Both the position numbers and the translations under genes were made by a program. Below the pieces are notes generated by a model that made no database searches, was not told the DNA's origin, and saw only the letters and a list, made by a program, of their open reading frames with translations. This document shows positions 24,676 to 40,089 of a stretch of DNA of 64,000 bases, piece after piece. The DNA comes from Epiperipatus broadwayi. Lineage: Eukaryota > Animalia > Onychophora. Numbering within the stretch: the stretch's first letter is position 1; every line of letters starts with the position of its first letter. Where the stretch lies: positions 4,588,001 to 4,652,000 of the forward strand of contig JAQFVV010000009.1 in NCBI GenBank assembly GCA_028023455.1, read 5' to 3'.

Positions 24676-27600
24676 CTAAATCATATAAAATTATTAACTT
24701 CATCAAAAATACATAAATTAATTAACAAACAAAATAAAATATAAAAAAGGATTTTTTAAAATAATGCTTTAATGTAAATAGCTGACTAAAAAGTACAAAA
24801 TAATAAAGTAATCTCTTCTTGGAAAATATCAGATATCTTATGAATCTGACTTGTTATAAAACAATTGGAAATTGCAGGAATATTGTCCTATCATAAAAGC
24901 ATTTGAAATCTTTTTCATTTTTATGATTTATTTGAGCCTCAAATGCTTTTATGCAACAACAAAATATTATTGCAATTTCCAATTATTTTATAACAAGTCT
25001 AGATTCTTAAGATCTTTGATATTTTCCACGAATGGCAAATTAACTGAGAGGGGATTACTTTATTATTTTGTACTTTTTAGTTGGCTAATTACATAAAAGC
25101 AACCTTTTTTACATCTTATTTTTTTACTTTTTATTTATATATTATTTTAAAAAATGGTTACAATTACAAAAAATCTGACAAAAATTATAATTTAAGTATA
25201 TATTGTCTATGGAAATTTTTTCATCTCTTTCTCTGAGTGATTCTAATTTAATCCAGGAAGTATTTTGTTCTTTCCTAGAATCATTATTAAATTAATTAAA
25301 ATAAAATAATTAATTAGCATCTAAGACACTAGATCGTTAGTTCTAATAAATAGAAGCCCTAATAAGGAGAACACTGTTCTTATTTTTGTAAATATGTAAT
25401 ATATATGATTATAAATAATCCTATATATTATTAATTGTGATACTATCGTAGTCTTAATTATGATTTTATAAGAAAAAAAATTATGTAACATTGAAACATT
25501 TAAATAAAATCATTTACAGCATAAAAATTATAATTTAATAATAAGATCTGAAAATAAAAAATACACTATCTAACAAACAAATTCTAAATTTAAATATCAT
25601 GTGATCACCTACTATATAAATATTTATGTACTGACTTTTTTAATTGATTTAAGTAAGCAAATAAATATTAACAAAATTTTGAATGTTTCTGTCAGATATA
25701 TATTTTTTTATTTTAATTAATTTAATAATGAAATCAATATTAATAAAATTTTATTCTACAAATATATTTCTGTTGACTCAGTTGTTAAGGAGTTTTCTTG
25801 GTAAGTCTAAGGATGTGAGTTTGATTCTAAACAGGGCTGGATTTTTTTTCTTTGTTAATTCAAAAATGTGGACATACAGACAGAAATACAGACAAGGCAA
25901 GTTGATATAAAAGCATTTAATTAATATTTTTCTATATTAAAATTTATAAAAATTAATAATAATAAAAAAACTGAGATGCACTTTTAAGATGATGCATATC
26001 TAACATATATATCAAGATAAGATACTTGACAACATCAAAAAATAATAATGATTTTAATTTCTTACATCAATAGCTTGCAATCTGTTATCATAAACTTTAC
26101 AATATATTATATAAAGTTAGCATTTTTTGCTGTGTAATATTATAAAATTATATATTTATTATAAAAAGATGGAAAAAGCAGATATATTTGTGAATTTATC
26201 CTTACAAATGGAAAATATAAAATCTCAATTTATTCTTGAAGAAAAAAATTAATGGGGGGGGGGGGGTGCTAAAAGAAACAAAAACTAATTCATAATTTAA
26301 AAATGTAATAACTTTAAGAGGTATTAACTGGTACCAACCTTCCAACTGAGAGGTAGGTACTTAAAAAGAATATATAAATAAAATACATTGAATATATACT
26401 ATTGTGAATCCATGTAAAAATGATTATTTGGAATTTAACTACTATTTGAAAAACAGATAAGCAAAAAAAATAAGTTTTTTGTTGACTAAGATAACACATA
26501 TAATTTACATTAAGATATTCAAATCAGTTTTTTTTTTTTAATGTATTTGTGAATGTCAAAATTTATTTTCTCAATATCTATTATAGTTAAAAGTTTTTTT
26601 TTTTTTCCTGCCACTAATAACTTCTTTTCCTTGTGATCTCTTCGATAAGTTTATTAAATTTTCTTTTCAGAAAGTTCTGAATCTATGTATAAAACTTGAA
26701 TAAAATAATGTGAACATAAGTGATATCTCTATTCAGATGGAATAGCCCATTAATTGCATACAAAACTATTCACATTTTATATAGAATGGAATTACATAAC
26801 TTTCAAACAATTTAAAGGAATATTAAGCCATTATTCATGAATAAAAGCTCACTCATAGAGAATCACCTATAGTGTCTCAATACTTAAACAGATGATGGAT
26901 GCAGCGTGGAATGTGTTGTGTTATCATCGTTTCTCAAATATATTTAGCTACATGCACTATAAAAACTGAATCATTATTATATTTAAAAATGCAAGTGTTA
27001 ATGTTTGCATCATAAAATAAACTTGGTCAACAAAATGTTAAAATAAACCATAGGAGAAAAGTATCTATGCTTAGAATAATTGGATCAAAATAATCCCATA
27101 ATACAGCATCTCACTTATCAATTCTTAAACTTGAAACATCATACATTTCATGAGAAATAACAATGAATCAGAAATGAAGGCTTGGCCAAGATCTGTTTGT
27201 AAAGCTTAGAATAGATTGTTATCCTAGAATGTTCAAATGCATTTTGACTTTTACTGAATTTTTTGGTTACAATCCTTCATGATATTCATCAGGCTCTCTC
27301 AGTAAGCATTGATTTTAGACTTAAAGTGATTCTAGAGTTTCATTCTCCCATTTTTAATGAATACTATCCTCATTCTTGAAACTATAAATTTTTAAGCATT
27401 CAACAATTCAGAAGTTTAATCAAGCACCAATAATATGATTTCTTTTAAAACTCAGATTGTCACAGGATTATAAAATTATTATTAATTTCCTGTCAAATAC
27501 TCATTACACTTAAAATTCAATTAAATAGACAAAAAAAAATATTACGTTGGTGTATGTATTACTATTTATATGCTACATAATACTTAAATCATTATTAAAA

Positions 27601-27759
27601 TAAGAGTATTAATAGTATTTTCTTTAATTCATAATATATATATGTGTGTGTGTACATCTAATGCCAATAATTTTTCTGTTTCTTAATAACTAGAAATTCA
27701 TTTTAAAATAAATTCATTGCTTTCATATGTAAAAACATGCTATATGAAGTCATCAGTTA

Positions 27760-28600
27760 TTAATCATCGTGATTATGGTTATTTTCAACCATTATTGATC
27801 CATTGCAGGATAAAGATCTCTCCAAGTTTAATCTAATTTCTCCAATCTCTAATTTCTCTTCTTCATATCACACTAACAAATTTCTTATTTCATTCATCCA
27901 TCTTAGATCTTTTACAATCTCTTGGGATCCAGTTTAGGATATCAATTGTCCATTTATTATCATATCTTCTAGTAATATATCCAGCCCATCTTCACTTCAG
28001 TCTCTTAATTCTTTTAATTATGACAATAATATCTATTTGTTCTCCCACATATTTCATTTTCAATCTCTTGTTATTCCTAACATACATTCTTTTCATACTT
28101 CATTGAGTGATCTGAGATCTCTCTATTCATTTTCTATTTAATGTCAAAGTCTCAGATCCATAAATAAAAAATGATAAGATACATTTATTAACCATTTTCT
28201 TTTTCAATTATATAGACACATTTCCTTTTAATATCAAGTTATTTCTACCATTACCACTTCAGGTTAAGTTCAATTCTATGATTAATTTCATTGATTACAT
28301 TTCCATCTGTATTAATAATCTGATCTAGGTATTTGTAGTTGTTAACCTCTTTTAATTTATGATTATCAATCTTTATTTTCTTCTTCTGAAAAAAACCTAT
28401 TTAACATTACTTTAATCTTTTTAGCATTTATCTTTAGTACTACTGTCTTATTTTCATCTAAAAACTCTTGCAACATTTGCAAAATCTAGATGATTTTTAA
28501 ATAATCTTCATTTACTTTTACTCCCTTAGTTTCCCATTTTAATTCACAAAATACTTCTTGTAAAACTGCTGTGAAAAATTTGGAGATATAATTAATATAA
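27760..28600 (-). mobile_element. 3' fragment of the same RTE family as 19420-23830
   Basis: Shared cattgcaggataaag(a/g)tctctccaa end and collinear RT tail; borders approximate. Confidence 0.75.
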
Positions 28601-29586
28601 TATTAAAATAGACAGATGGAATATTATTTTTCAAAGAGTAAGCTCTCTTCAAATTTTATTAAAATACTAAGATGTAAAATTATAAACAAATATTTTTAAG
28701 TAAAATATTATTTCTTTAAATTAAAAAGTAGAAATATTTACATGAGAGAACTTTTTTAAGCAAACTACAAATTATACTAAATAACATTTTATATCTATAA
28801 CAAAAGTTTAAAGACTGTTAATTCCTAATTTACAGTAACATTGTATTAAAAACCCATTATCTGAGAATTACATTTAGGATCTTGGAGAGGAAATGGTTGT
28901 TTCAATATAATAAATATTTCACGACATTATATTTTTTATAATTGAAGTCATTCATATTGCAAATCACATATATAAAAGGGATGTCTGATAATTCTGATAT
29001 TATATAATTTAAATGGATTAAAAATAAGTCAAAAATTCTGATAATGATTTTTCTATTAGTAGTGAATAAACTGACATTGAACCCATAAACAAGATTTTCT
29101 TTCCTTAAATCAAAATTAGTTAAGAATGAGTCAGCACGACAGATGTGAATATTTTTTTCTGTTTATTCCATCTTCTTTATCATATTATTCAAAGATTTTG
29201 CCATGTATTTCAGAACTTAAATTAGACTTTTTACAGTTAAAATTCATGATTCCAAAATGCTAATGTTTTATATTTAGATTGCAAGTATATGAAATTAAAT
29301 CATTGCTCTAACAAACTAATAACAGCAAGCTTACAGTTGCTCTTTCAAATAAAAAAAAGTCAAAACTGGTATTTATTTTTCCCTATGCAATTTAATTAAT
29401 TGTAGTGATAGTCTTTAGAGCCAAAGGTTCATGAAATGAAACTAAATAATTATATTGATGCTTGAACACCACATGATCTCTCAAGTAACTTACTATTTTA
29501 TTGTATTAATTTTATATATCTATTTTGATATATTATAAAAGTGTATTATTTACAAATTCTACAATTACATTTAAAGCTTTTCTCAC

Positions 29587-30009
29587 CTGCTTAGCTAGAC
29601 TTGCCAACTTTTGATGGAGTTTAAAGTCATTATGACAAGCAGAACCTATCACTAAGAGGACATGAAGAATTTCTGCTGCTACTTTGTGTGATGTCTCAGT
29701 TTTAAGAAGTGAAATAATATCTTCAGCTAGTAAACTGGCATCAAAACCAGATGTTTTTGCCAATTCTCCTAAAACAGAAATAATTTTAACACGAACAAAA
29801 GTTTCTTTCTCCCAGCATATATGCTCTAATAACTTTCGCACTATGTTATCTATATCTTCAGCATTAACAGGAAGTGATTCTGATAGACCCAATAATATCT
29901 GCACTGTTTCTTGAGGATTGGAAGCTTTCTGTAAGTCAAAATCAACTGATGTTGACTTAGTTTTCTTAGATGTCAATCGAAGTTTCTTGGCAGTCTTGGT
30001 CGGTTCTTC
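29587..30009 (-). CDS. INTS4: Integrator complex subunit 4, coding exon 2
   Basis: EEPTKTAKKLRLTSKK..DFDLQKASNPQETVQILL..KETFVRVKIISVLGELAKTSGF..SHKV resembles the INTS4 N-terminus; tttag / CAG-gtgaga borders, phase 0. Confidence 0.94.
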
Positions 30010-33000
30010 CTAAATTATAAAGATAAACAAATATATAGTCGATATAAAATCAATTTTTCAAAATTGACACAAAATAATAATACTTTATATATATAATACA
30101 ATCTCATTTTTAAACACATAATACACATCATCACAATATTTACAGATGCATTAAAATAATCAAAATAAAATATTAGCAGTTTGTCTCTTTTAATAAATAT
30201 TAAAATGTAAAAAATTAAAATTGCAATTATATTAGCAAATAAAATAATACATGTTTATATATACATATAAAGAATAAACTGTATGTGAAACAATAATAGA
30301 TCTATCAAATTAAGAATGAGCCTTAATATTCAATTTGTTAGTTTTTTTTCTACAAGTTTGGACAGTTTTAACTAGAATTGATTAACAGAAAACTGATGAT
30401 GACTGTTGAATATAGGGATAATTAAAAAACAGTTATTTTCCTAACAAAATTTAAATGAATAAAAATAATTCAAGCTACACATGCATAGTTTTGAAAAACA
30501 TGAAACTAATAAATGTTTCATCTGATTATCCAATCTAAGTTTACATTAGTAAATTATGCAAAATAGACAGAAAATTAATAGATTAGTAGTCTAAACCCAT
30601 AAATGATGATACAATACTGAATAAATAAGATTAATATATTATTTATGTGAACTCAGTAAGATGAAAAATAAGAAATATTAGTATGCAGAATATAATAGGG
30701 ATGATTAAAATTGGTAGAATTTATACAAAGAAGGCGGGAATTTTTACTATATTAAAATTATTATTACTGTATCAGTTTAGTTGAAATTTCTTTTATGAAT
30801 GCTTTTAACAGTCATATAAACATATATATTAATGGTAAGAATTTAGGATTATCTTCCCAATTAGGTCCAGAAAATTTATTATTGTATAAAAAAAGTTATA
30901 TAGTGTTAACTAAACGGTTTTGATATTGATATCAAAAAAATGACCAGTTATTCATAAGGGTACGTTTCCCATACAGGCTGGCTTTACTATGATATATTAA
31001 TCCTTGTACTTTATTCCTTTAAATTTGCAATCTGAATGCTTACATGCACCCTAAATTCCAATGTTTAAAAAATCCCTTATATTTGTCAAATACATGAACA
31101 GCCATATAAAAGCTTAATAAAAAAATAAGACTAAATAATAATACTATTTTAATAAAATCAATACAATATGAAAATTAACAAAATGATATGTATTTTATTA
31201 AACACATATATGATACACTATATAACAATCTACACTAATCCACATTCATTTATTTCATTAATGAGACAGAAATCTAATAATTTTACATTTACTTTAATTT
31301 CATATAAACATATACAAATAAAATGTTTGTTTATGGATGACAAAAATTATTGAAATACATAAAGAAACAAAAAAAATACATATACTGCAAATTTTAAATT
31401 TGCAAATTATAATATTTAAATATCATTATCCTGATATATTACATTAGCTAGATCTTTATCAAATTCAAAATCTCATCTCAATACTTCAATAGATGTACTT
31501 AACAGTAAATTTGTGATATCTTATATCTTATGGAAGTTTCTGGTGAAGATTTCAAGGAATCTTCTTAGTTTCTGCGATGTAAGAATCTTTGTTTACAGAT
31601 GATATTTATTTGAATATCATATTCTGTTTAGCAAAAGATATTTTGGCAGCAGAGTCCCACTTAAGGAAGCAAACTGGTTTATAATTAAATAGATATCTTC
31701 AAAAGTCTCAGGAGGTTTCTACAAAATATCTTTACTTCATCGAAAAGTTTACACAATCTACTCTCAAACAATATATATAGCATACTATGCTATGTTAGTA
31801 ATTAGTTTCTTGGATTCAAATCATTCTTAGAATTAAAGAAGTATAATATTTACATATTTTTTGCTATATTTTCTGATTTCTAAGTATCTCTTATGTGATT
31901 AGTCTGTAGTTTGATTCCTCTCTATAAGACTTTCATAAGTCTTCTGATTTATGGTGACCAAGAAACCAAGTCTCTAATATATTTAACAATAATTTCTCAC
32001 TTCTTCTTTATATATCTGGCAATTATGTCGCATCTTTTTTTTTTTTTTTTGTAATTAAATTAATACACACACTTTCTTGTTTTAATAATCTATTTTAGTT
32101 AAATTACATTCTGTTTTATGTTTATAATTAAAGAATTTTCCTTATCATCAATTAAGTTTTTTTTTTGTATGTAATTTTCATGTCTAAACCTACATAATTT
32201 TTTATTTAATATGATCTCTATATAAATTTAGAATGAGTTGAATTTGAATTGCAATTTAATATTTTAATAATTCTATCATAATTTTGATTAGAGATTTCTA
32301 TCTTGAATCATCGAATAAATCTACTGTTTCAGTCTTTTTACAATATATTTCAACATTTAAAATTTTATAATTAATTTTAATAAGATAAAACAATTTTTTC
32401 CTCTCTTGTCTCTCCTTACTTCATAAATGATTGTTAATTTAATTTGTATCTCAATATTATTATTCAAAAATCAATAAAAGAAATTATTTCATTTCTTAAT
32501 ATTTTAGATGTGATATATACATAACATATAACCATTTAATGCTTTAGTGTTATCATATTGCAATTCTTCACATTTTAATACAATAAATGCCTGATTTAAA
32601 CACAAGTTTGCATCTATTAAATCTATATTAAACATGATGACAAGACTGCATTTCATCTCAATATATATATATATGGGTGGGTGCATATTAACAGCAAACT
32701 AAATTATAGTTGAATTAATTTGAAATAGTTATATGAATATGCAGATTTGTCCTACATTTGATTATTTTAAGTATGGTTGGATTGCCACTTTTCACTAATA
32801 ATGACAAGTCTAATAGATACTTCAGATTATTCACAGTTTGATAACTTGGGCACCTCTATCCTATGGTGTACGATTTAATATAAATCAATAAAAATGTGAT
32901 GATTGTAGCTTAGATATTGCTGTTATAGCAGCATAATTTTTCACCATCTCTATACTATAAGTTTTACTGAGGACACTATAATGCATAGAAACTGAACATG

Positions 33001-34487
33001 ATTACACAAGCAAGTTGATTTTAATTGAAAACAATGATATATTTTTTTAGTTTGGGCTGATAGCTTGATAATTTAACAGAGATAAATAATAGGTGTTGGA
33101 AGAAGAGTGCATTAGACATCTTAAATATCAATGCATTGATCCAGTATCTAAAGTTCCCTATTGATGAAAGACATAAGCTTAAAATTAAACTGGTGGTATT
33201 GGATAGGATAGCGCATGATAAGAATTTAATAAGCACTATCATCTTGCATCTATTATTACTTACTAAAGTGCATAGGAACACACAGTTGGTGAAAAAATTA
33301 TAATAACAGCAATATGTAAGCTAAAATCATGTGATGGAGCCAGATGACATTTTACTGGTTTATAGCCAATAAAATTAAAATGGAATATCATGCTTTCAAA
33401 AAAAAGATTCAATGGAATTATAATTTCATGAGCTGGTCAGTCTATTACAATATTTGTGTAACATGATAATCATACTGCTCAAAGATTTATATATCAATTA
33501 TTTTGTGTATAATTAATAAAAAAAAATTCATGCTACTTAAATAAAAATTAAGATTACAAAAGTAAACAGCAACAATAATATTAGAAAATACACCAGTTCC
33601 TTTGGTTCTTATAATTTCATATCTTAATCAATTTGTGATTAAGTCAAATACTTGCAATAAGATCAGCTAAATGGGATTGTTACTAAATTTATGATCTGCA
33701 ATAAAAGCTTAAATTTTTAATTCACATGCTGTTACTTGAATTGTATAAAGTTTTCATAAATATTATTTTGAATCTTAAATGTTCACGTTTATCTTTTTTT
33801 TTTTTTTGGTGATGAAGGTAGGGGTTTGTATTACATCTTTCTAGCTGTACTACATTTTCTGCTGTTTCACAATTGTAATATTTTGCAAAAGCTTTCTTTT
33901 CGTTTTTTTTTTTTAATCTAATTAAAGATTCATTCTGGATTTGATAATTTTTTACACAATTTGGGTTCTTTTCAAAAATCTTATTACTAAAATAATCAGT
34001 ATTACAAATTTGATTTGCATTTCTCTTTTCATTCACTACGAAAGGTAAAATAAACACACACAAATAAATTAACAATTTTTATTACTTAAAATTGCGAAAC
34101 CGAATGCAGTAAATACATACTGCAGGGTGCAAATATCTTGACTTTTTAAGACTAATGCCTTCTCCAAAATGTTTTTGTTTTTTTTTTTTTAAAAAAAAAA
34201 CTATTTTGCACCTTCACATTTTAGATTAAAATTACAAAATAGGCTGGTGATTTGAAACAAATTTATTATGAAAATACTAATTATGTGCAATAACAAAAAA
34301 TTCGCAATAATAATCGCAAAATAATAATTTATAAAATTATTCAAAACTTATTCACTTGTCGAAATACCAAACCTATGCAGTATATACATATATATCATAT
34401 TTTGCTTAATAATAAAAAGTGCTAAAGGGATCTATAACAAAAATTAATTAAACAGTCCATTTTTCAAAATTAAGTTAAGTAACGTAC

Positions 34488-34541
34488 TTGGATAACTTGA
34501 GTAAATTCAGCTAAAGCTCTTTTTTTCAAGAGAGCTGCCAT
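34488..34541 (-). CDS. INTS4: Integrator complex subunit 4, first coding exon
   Basis: MAALLKKRALAEFTQVIQ resembles INTS4 MAAHLKKRVYEEFTKVVQ; aaaATGg start context; gtacgt donor, phase 0. Confidence 0.93.
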
Positions 34542-34559
34542 TTTGTTTGAATGTCAGTA

Positions 34560-35460
34560 TAACTTATTTTCAGCCGCTATTAGTATAAGTAATAATATGT
34601 AAATAGTTAATCATTCGATGTTTGCCGATCATTAGGGAAGTCAGGTTACTTTCAAGTATCAAATTATCAGACTGACTACAGAAATGTCATTCAAATGAGC
34701 AAGTTGGGATTTTTTTTTTACATATACATTTAAGCCGCCACAAGACTACGTTAATAGTTTACCGGGTGAATGGAAAAAGGGGGAGACGTACATACTGGGT
34801 TAAGATGGTGCTTGAGAGGCCTGGCAATATATATATATGAATGTTTGTGTTACGGTTTTTTTTTTCACTAGATTCATTTTATTTATATAATGGGAATATT
34901 TCGATGGGGTTTATTCTATAAATTACGGATTGTATATCCTTTTCTGTGCTCAGTTTACTGGCAGGCTCCACAGGTTGGCGGATAATGGTATGACTAGATA
35001 TGACCTATAAGATAGGATACCGATTCGTCAAAACTGTTTCCTATACAAAGTCTTTTTTATCCCTCTCTTTTCCGTCTCAAGGCGATTAAGGTATTATAAG
35101 CCTCGATCGTTGTGAAACTTATGCTATCGGATATCTCATTAAACTATCTGTAACAATAGGGTTCTCTATGTGGGCAACTACATTTCCATTCTTTTAACTA
35201 CGATACAGCATTTCCGACTCTAATTCTTTTTTTTTAGCACATGTTCACCGGAATTAAGAAAGCAATGATGAGGATTTAGTAGCTGATAGTCCTTAGTTGA
35301 TATCTTTGCTTGATGCAGTATAATCACTAATGAATTGATTTGAAACTGGATTAGAGTGAGACGACGGAAGTTTTGTCTGGTAAAGATTATATTTAGGCAG
35401 CGCTATTTAGGGATCCCCCTGCCTAGGGGCCTAAAAATGTAATCTAAATGTGGCCTATGT
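34560..35460. promoter_or_regulatory. Probable bidirectional promoter region; possible plus-strand non-coding first exon ending near 35389
   Basis: Locally higher GC/CpG just upstream of the INTS4 ATG; ETS-like acggaagt followed by the donor-like ctg/gtaaag. Confidence 0.4.
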
Positions 35461-35619
35461 CACATAGTCTGTTTGAGTTTATTTTTCTACGACCAAAAAA
35501 GTCTAGTCTGTTTGAGTTTACAGTGAAAAAAGTAATATCAATAGCATTGTTAAAATATGAGTTAGTAGCAAAACTAGAGATTAGTATTATAAATATAATT
35601 GTTTTCTAAATATAAGTGC

Positions 35620-38600
35620 ATGGAAGGTGTGAACTTTACTTGGTACAAATTCTTCAAGACCTGAACAGAAGCCTGCACTGGTGGTTGAGAAGCTATCAAG
35701 ATTTAACACTGATATAGCTGCTCTTAGTGAAACTATCTCCCAGAGGAAGAAAATTTAACAGAACTGATGGATACAAGTTGTTTTTTTCTTGAATAGGTTG
35801 ATAAGTTAGGGAAAGGAGAATTATGGTGTTGGTCTTCTTCCAAAGTCTTAGTATTTTTTATTTCTGGAATTCCTTCTCATATTGAAAAAGCTAAGTGTTA
35901 GAACTCACCTTGCATAATGGTACTAGTTTTCTGTTTATTAATTTCTGTGTTACAATCTTAGATTCAGAGAATGAAAACTTTTGTCCTTTGTTGGGTAGCA
36001 TTATTACAGCAATGCAGTTAAAATATTGAATTTTTCTTTTTAGAGACTGATGCCCATGTTGATACAAATAATAGATTTTGGCGAAACATAATCAGAAATA
36101 ATAGTATTAGTGTTATTTTTTTATTATCAAATTTTTGCATACATGGATTGATTCATAAATCATAAACTATGTTTGCAAAATATTAAATCATATTTTAAAT
36201 TTAAGAATGCTAATAAATAAATTGTTGAAAAGAAGTGTTTCAATTAAACGTAGTTTAAATAAGCATAGATGCATGTATATATTAATTAATGGAATAGACT
36301 TTATAAATTACTTTATATGGAAATGAATTCCTAAGACACTAATTAATTGTATAGATCTAAAATCTTACAGATATGGAAATAAATTCCTAAGATTAATTAA
36401 TATTATACACCTTAAAAACTTTATCATATATGGAAATAAATTCCTAAGAGAGTAATTAATTGTATAATTAAAAAGCTATGAATTTTGTTGTATGATAACA
36501 AACTAAACAATACTTGAATTAATTAAATGAATTGATTAATTAAAGCCAAAGAATTTACTGCAGAAAAGATAAGAGAAACAAAAGAAGTGTTGAATATAAA
36601 AAGCTAGAGAAAAAAATAATGTTGGCTTTTTCTGTGGTTGCTGCTACCATCACTGTGTCCACAAGTTGAAGAGCAATGAAAATCATTATCAAAGGACTTC
36701 ATTCCCAGGATTTTGGCTCTTGTAGGTCACTAAACCGACTAGTACTTTTAACAGACTGTCTTATTATTTTGAAGTGCCTCAAGAGGCTTGTTGATGGTTG
36801 TATTATAAAGACTATAGATGTTAGTGAAGGTAAAGTGAATAATAGCTTACTATTATTTGCTATTCAGTAATTAATCTCTGAATTAAGCTTGTTCAAATGC
36901 AGACTTTATATTTGTGTTAAAGATCAGTATAGTAATTCTTTTTCCTAATTGTTAATGAGTTATTATTGCTAAATATATATGTGCTGTTTTCTGTAGCATT
37001 TATTATATATATTTATTTGCTGGTCTCCCAAGTCATAGCTGGTGACACAGCAATGTTTAAGAAAAAAAATCATTATAAAGGAACAGATGCTCCCACACTC
37101 AAAACAATGGTTTTTAATAAATTACTGTTAGGAGTTAGTATATAAGACAAGTTCACATTACATGAGTCTTGTAAAGCACAGATTCTTGAACAAATCATAT
37201 ATTAGTATACTTAATGATAGTTGTATTAAAAAATAGATATTCTAATCATATTCAAGAAAGTTCATTTTTTAGCAGAATCTACAATGTACATTAAATTTTT
37301 GGAGCTATATCTTCAGGACTATCATATTAGTGAAACAGTAATTTTCTTAAGGTATATATAATGAATACAACTAAACCTATTTGGGGGTTCACTAAAAAAA
37401 AAGAATCATGACTTGTTTTTGATTTTGATCTTATTAGTGATTTGGTTAAAAGGAAACTTTTTCTGCTTATCAGAATGATATATTAAATGTGGATTTTCAA
37501 AATAAATATAAGATTTGAAGGCAGAAGTTTAATGATGGACATGAAAGCTTAAAAATAGTTGATGGATTAAAACTGCAAAGAAGATATAAGACATTTGCTG
37601 AATGTATTCATTCTAGATCATTTTTGATGCACTGAAACTATCATATTGATCAGAGAAAACATATCATAATCCTATTAAGTCCACTAATGACACACTCTTA
37701 AATCATGAATGATAATTTGTAATGGTGGAAGGAGTATTTTGAGGATGTTTTAAATAATGTTACAAGAATTGAGGTGACAAATTTTAATGATATATCTATT
37801 TTATCTATTCATTTAGATTTGGACAAAGATATTCAGCTTAATGAAGTCAAAAAAGTTCTGCAGTCTTACAAATGGAAATGCTGCAAGTCCTGATGAAATG
37901 TCTGAAGTTTTAAAGTATGATGATAATATGTTAGCTTCAAAAATATTGAATTTTTTAGGAATGTATGAGTCCATGAAGTTGTGCTACTTGATCTTAAGGA
38001 TGAATATATTGTTTTAATTTTAAAAACAAAGAGAATACACAAGATTATAGTAATTGTAAAATATCATTTTATCCAATACAGCAAAGATACACTCAAGAAT
38101 TTTATTGAATAGATTGTTTCCAGTAATAGATGAATAGTTATCAGATTCAATGTAGTTTTAGAGGATCAAGAAGGTAAAATGTAAGAAAAGTGTTAGAAAT
38201 AAGTGATCTATATATAGCTTTTATTGACTTAAGGCATTTGATTCAACTATTAGTACAAGTTTATATTTTACAGCTATGAGAGGGAATGTTACAGGTAAAT
38301 GAAAACAGGTGCTAAACAAGAATGTGTATTTAAACATTGTTTTCAATTTTTATGACTGGTTTTTGGAATTATTTATTAGTGGTTTAATCAAACAATGGCA
38401 AGATATTATACAGATTTAGTGGTGGAATTTTTAATCTGAGTTGATTAAAAGTGAAATGAACTTGTTTTTGTATTATGGATTTGCAGTATGCTAATGATTG
38501 TACTATTTTTTCCAGTTCAAAAAACAATTTACAGAATATACTTATTTTTGAATGCAACTTATAAAAATTTTGGTTTATTAATTAATATTCAAAAAACTCA

Positions 38601-39100
38601 AGTTATTTTATCAGATAGTAACTGAAGAAAAATCTTCAGTAACTTTTAGTTTGGATGATTATCCACTTGAGAATATAAATCACTTTAAATAGCTTGCAAG
38701 TTTTATAAGTAGACTGATGTACTTAGATTTTGAACTTCAATAGATTCCAATGCATTGGCCACTGCTTTTAACAAGCTAAAAATTTTAAATATTTTATCAA
38801 ATAACAGCTGCAACTAAGTATATGAAGCTGTTATTTTGTCTAATTTATTGTAAGACTTGAACACTCTATTAACACAATATAAAGGCATCAGAAAAGTTTT
38901 GTTTAAAAATGCTTTGAAATTTTTTTTAATAAAATGGCATCATAAAACTCATCAATGTATGCTTCAACTTGCTGAATGAGATATGATAGATAACACTATT
39001 AAAATTACATCTTCATGTTTTATGGTGAATATGAGCACAGTTTTCATACGAAAGATAGATTTCATCTACACTATAAGAATTAGCTGAAGGATATTCTAAA
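35620..39100 (+). mobile_element. Fragmented RTE (BovB-like) LINE
   Basis: Endonuclease remnant ALVVEKLSRFNTDIAALSET near 35680; RT-region remnants at 37700-39100; many stops and interruptions. Confidence 0.6.
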
Positions 39101-39162
39101 AAAATGCAATGTTAATTGTTTCCATTAAGAAAATATAACAGAAAATAATATACACTAGTCAA

Positions 39163-39243
39163 GCATTGGTGGTCGAGAGGTCAGCGACAGCTGCTTTACA
39201 AGCAGTTGTCCTGGGATAGCGGGTTCACTTCCTGGCTGATGCT
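39163..39243 (+). pseudogene. tRNA-derived sequence (Val-TAC-like anticodon arm); SINE head or tRNA pseudogene
   Basis: Acceptor stem gcattgg/ctgatgc, A-box tggtcgagagg, arm gctgc-tttacaa-gcagt, B-box-like ggttcacttcc; insertion in the variable region. Confidence 0.6.
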
Positions 39244-40089
39244 ATGACACATGGGAAAAAAATAATAATATACATTGGAGGCCTACAATTTGTATATTGA
39301 TATATTTCAAAAAGAAAAGTTTTCTGTTGAATAAATGAAAACATCATAAAGTGTTTGTGGTTCATAGATTGGTTTGCATAGGTTTCTTCCATTCTTAGAT
39401 GAATGGGTTACTAGGAACATAATATAATTTTAGAGAATCAAGAAGCATTATGGACATGTTACGTATTGCCAGGCAAATACAAGAAAAATGTTGGAAACAA
39501 AGGAATGATTTATAAATTGTTTTCATTAATTTTATCAAGAAATTTGCTTTATTTAGTATGATAGGTTTATGGCATTGTTTGAAATTAGTGTTTGACAAGT
39601 ATTATTTATTCTTATACAGCTTTTCCATGATCTAATGAGTTAAAGTGTTATTTATTACAGTGGAAAATCTGAAGCATTTGAAATGAAAACTAGTATTAGA
39701 TAAGGATATATATTTGCTCCAATATTGTTTTAAATTTTTATTACTGTGGTTTTTGGAATTGTTTATAGATGGTTTAATCAAATGAAGATCAAGATAAAAT
39801 ACAGATTTGATTGGAACCTGTTCATGATAAATAATTTATTGGATTTTTTTTATAAGAAAAGCCAATTCACCTGAAAGCAATAAGTTTTACTTTAAGTCTG
39901 TCATAACATTTCCTTTTTTTTTTTTTTTTTTACATATTGTTATTAAGCAATAAAGTATTGCTTAAAATCTTATCAGCCCTAACAAGTGATGAATTAAAAT
40001 AATTAGTGTGTGAAATTATTTATATAAAAAATTTAATGTATTATGAAAACATTAATTTCCAGCATTAAACAATATATGCTCAATGAAGT

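Noticed and set aside
32895-33335. ctgaggacactataatgcatagaaac hammerhead-like motif near a short inverted repeat
   Set aside because: Stem II and the cleavage triplet do not form; possibly an old PLE relic but unsupported.
33722-34075. 117-aa minus-strand ORF and other short AT-rich ORFs in the track
   Set aside because: Intronic, low-complexity, with no motifs or consistent splice context.
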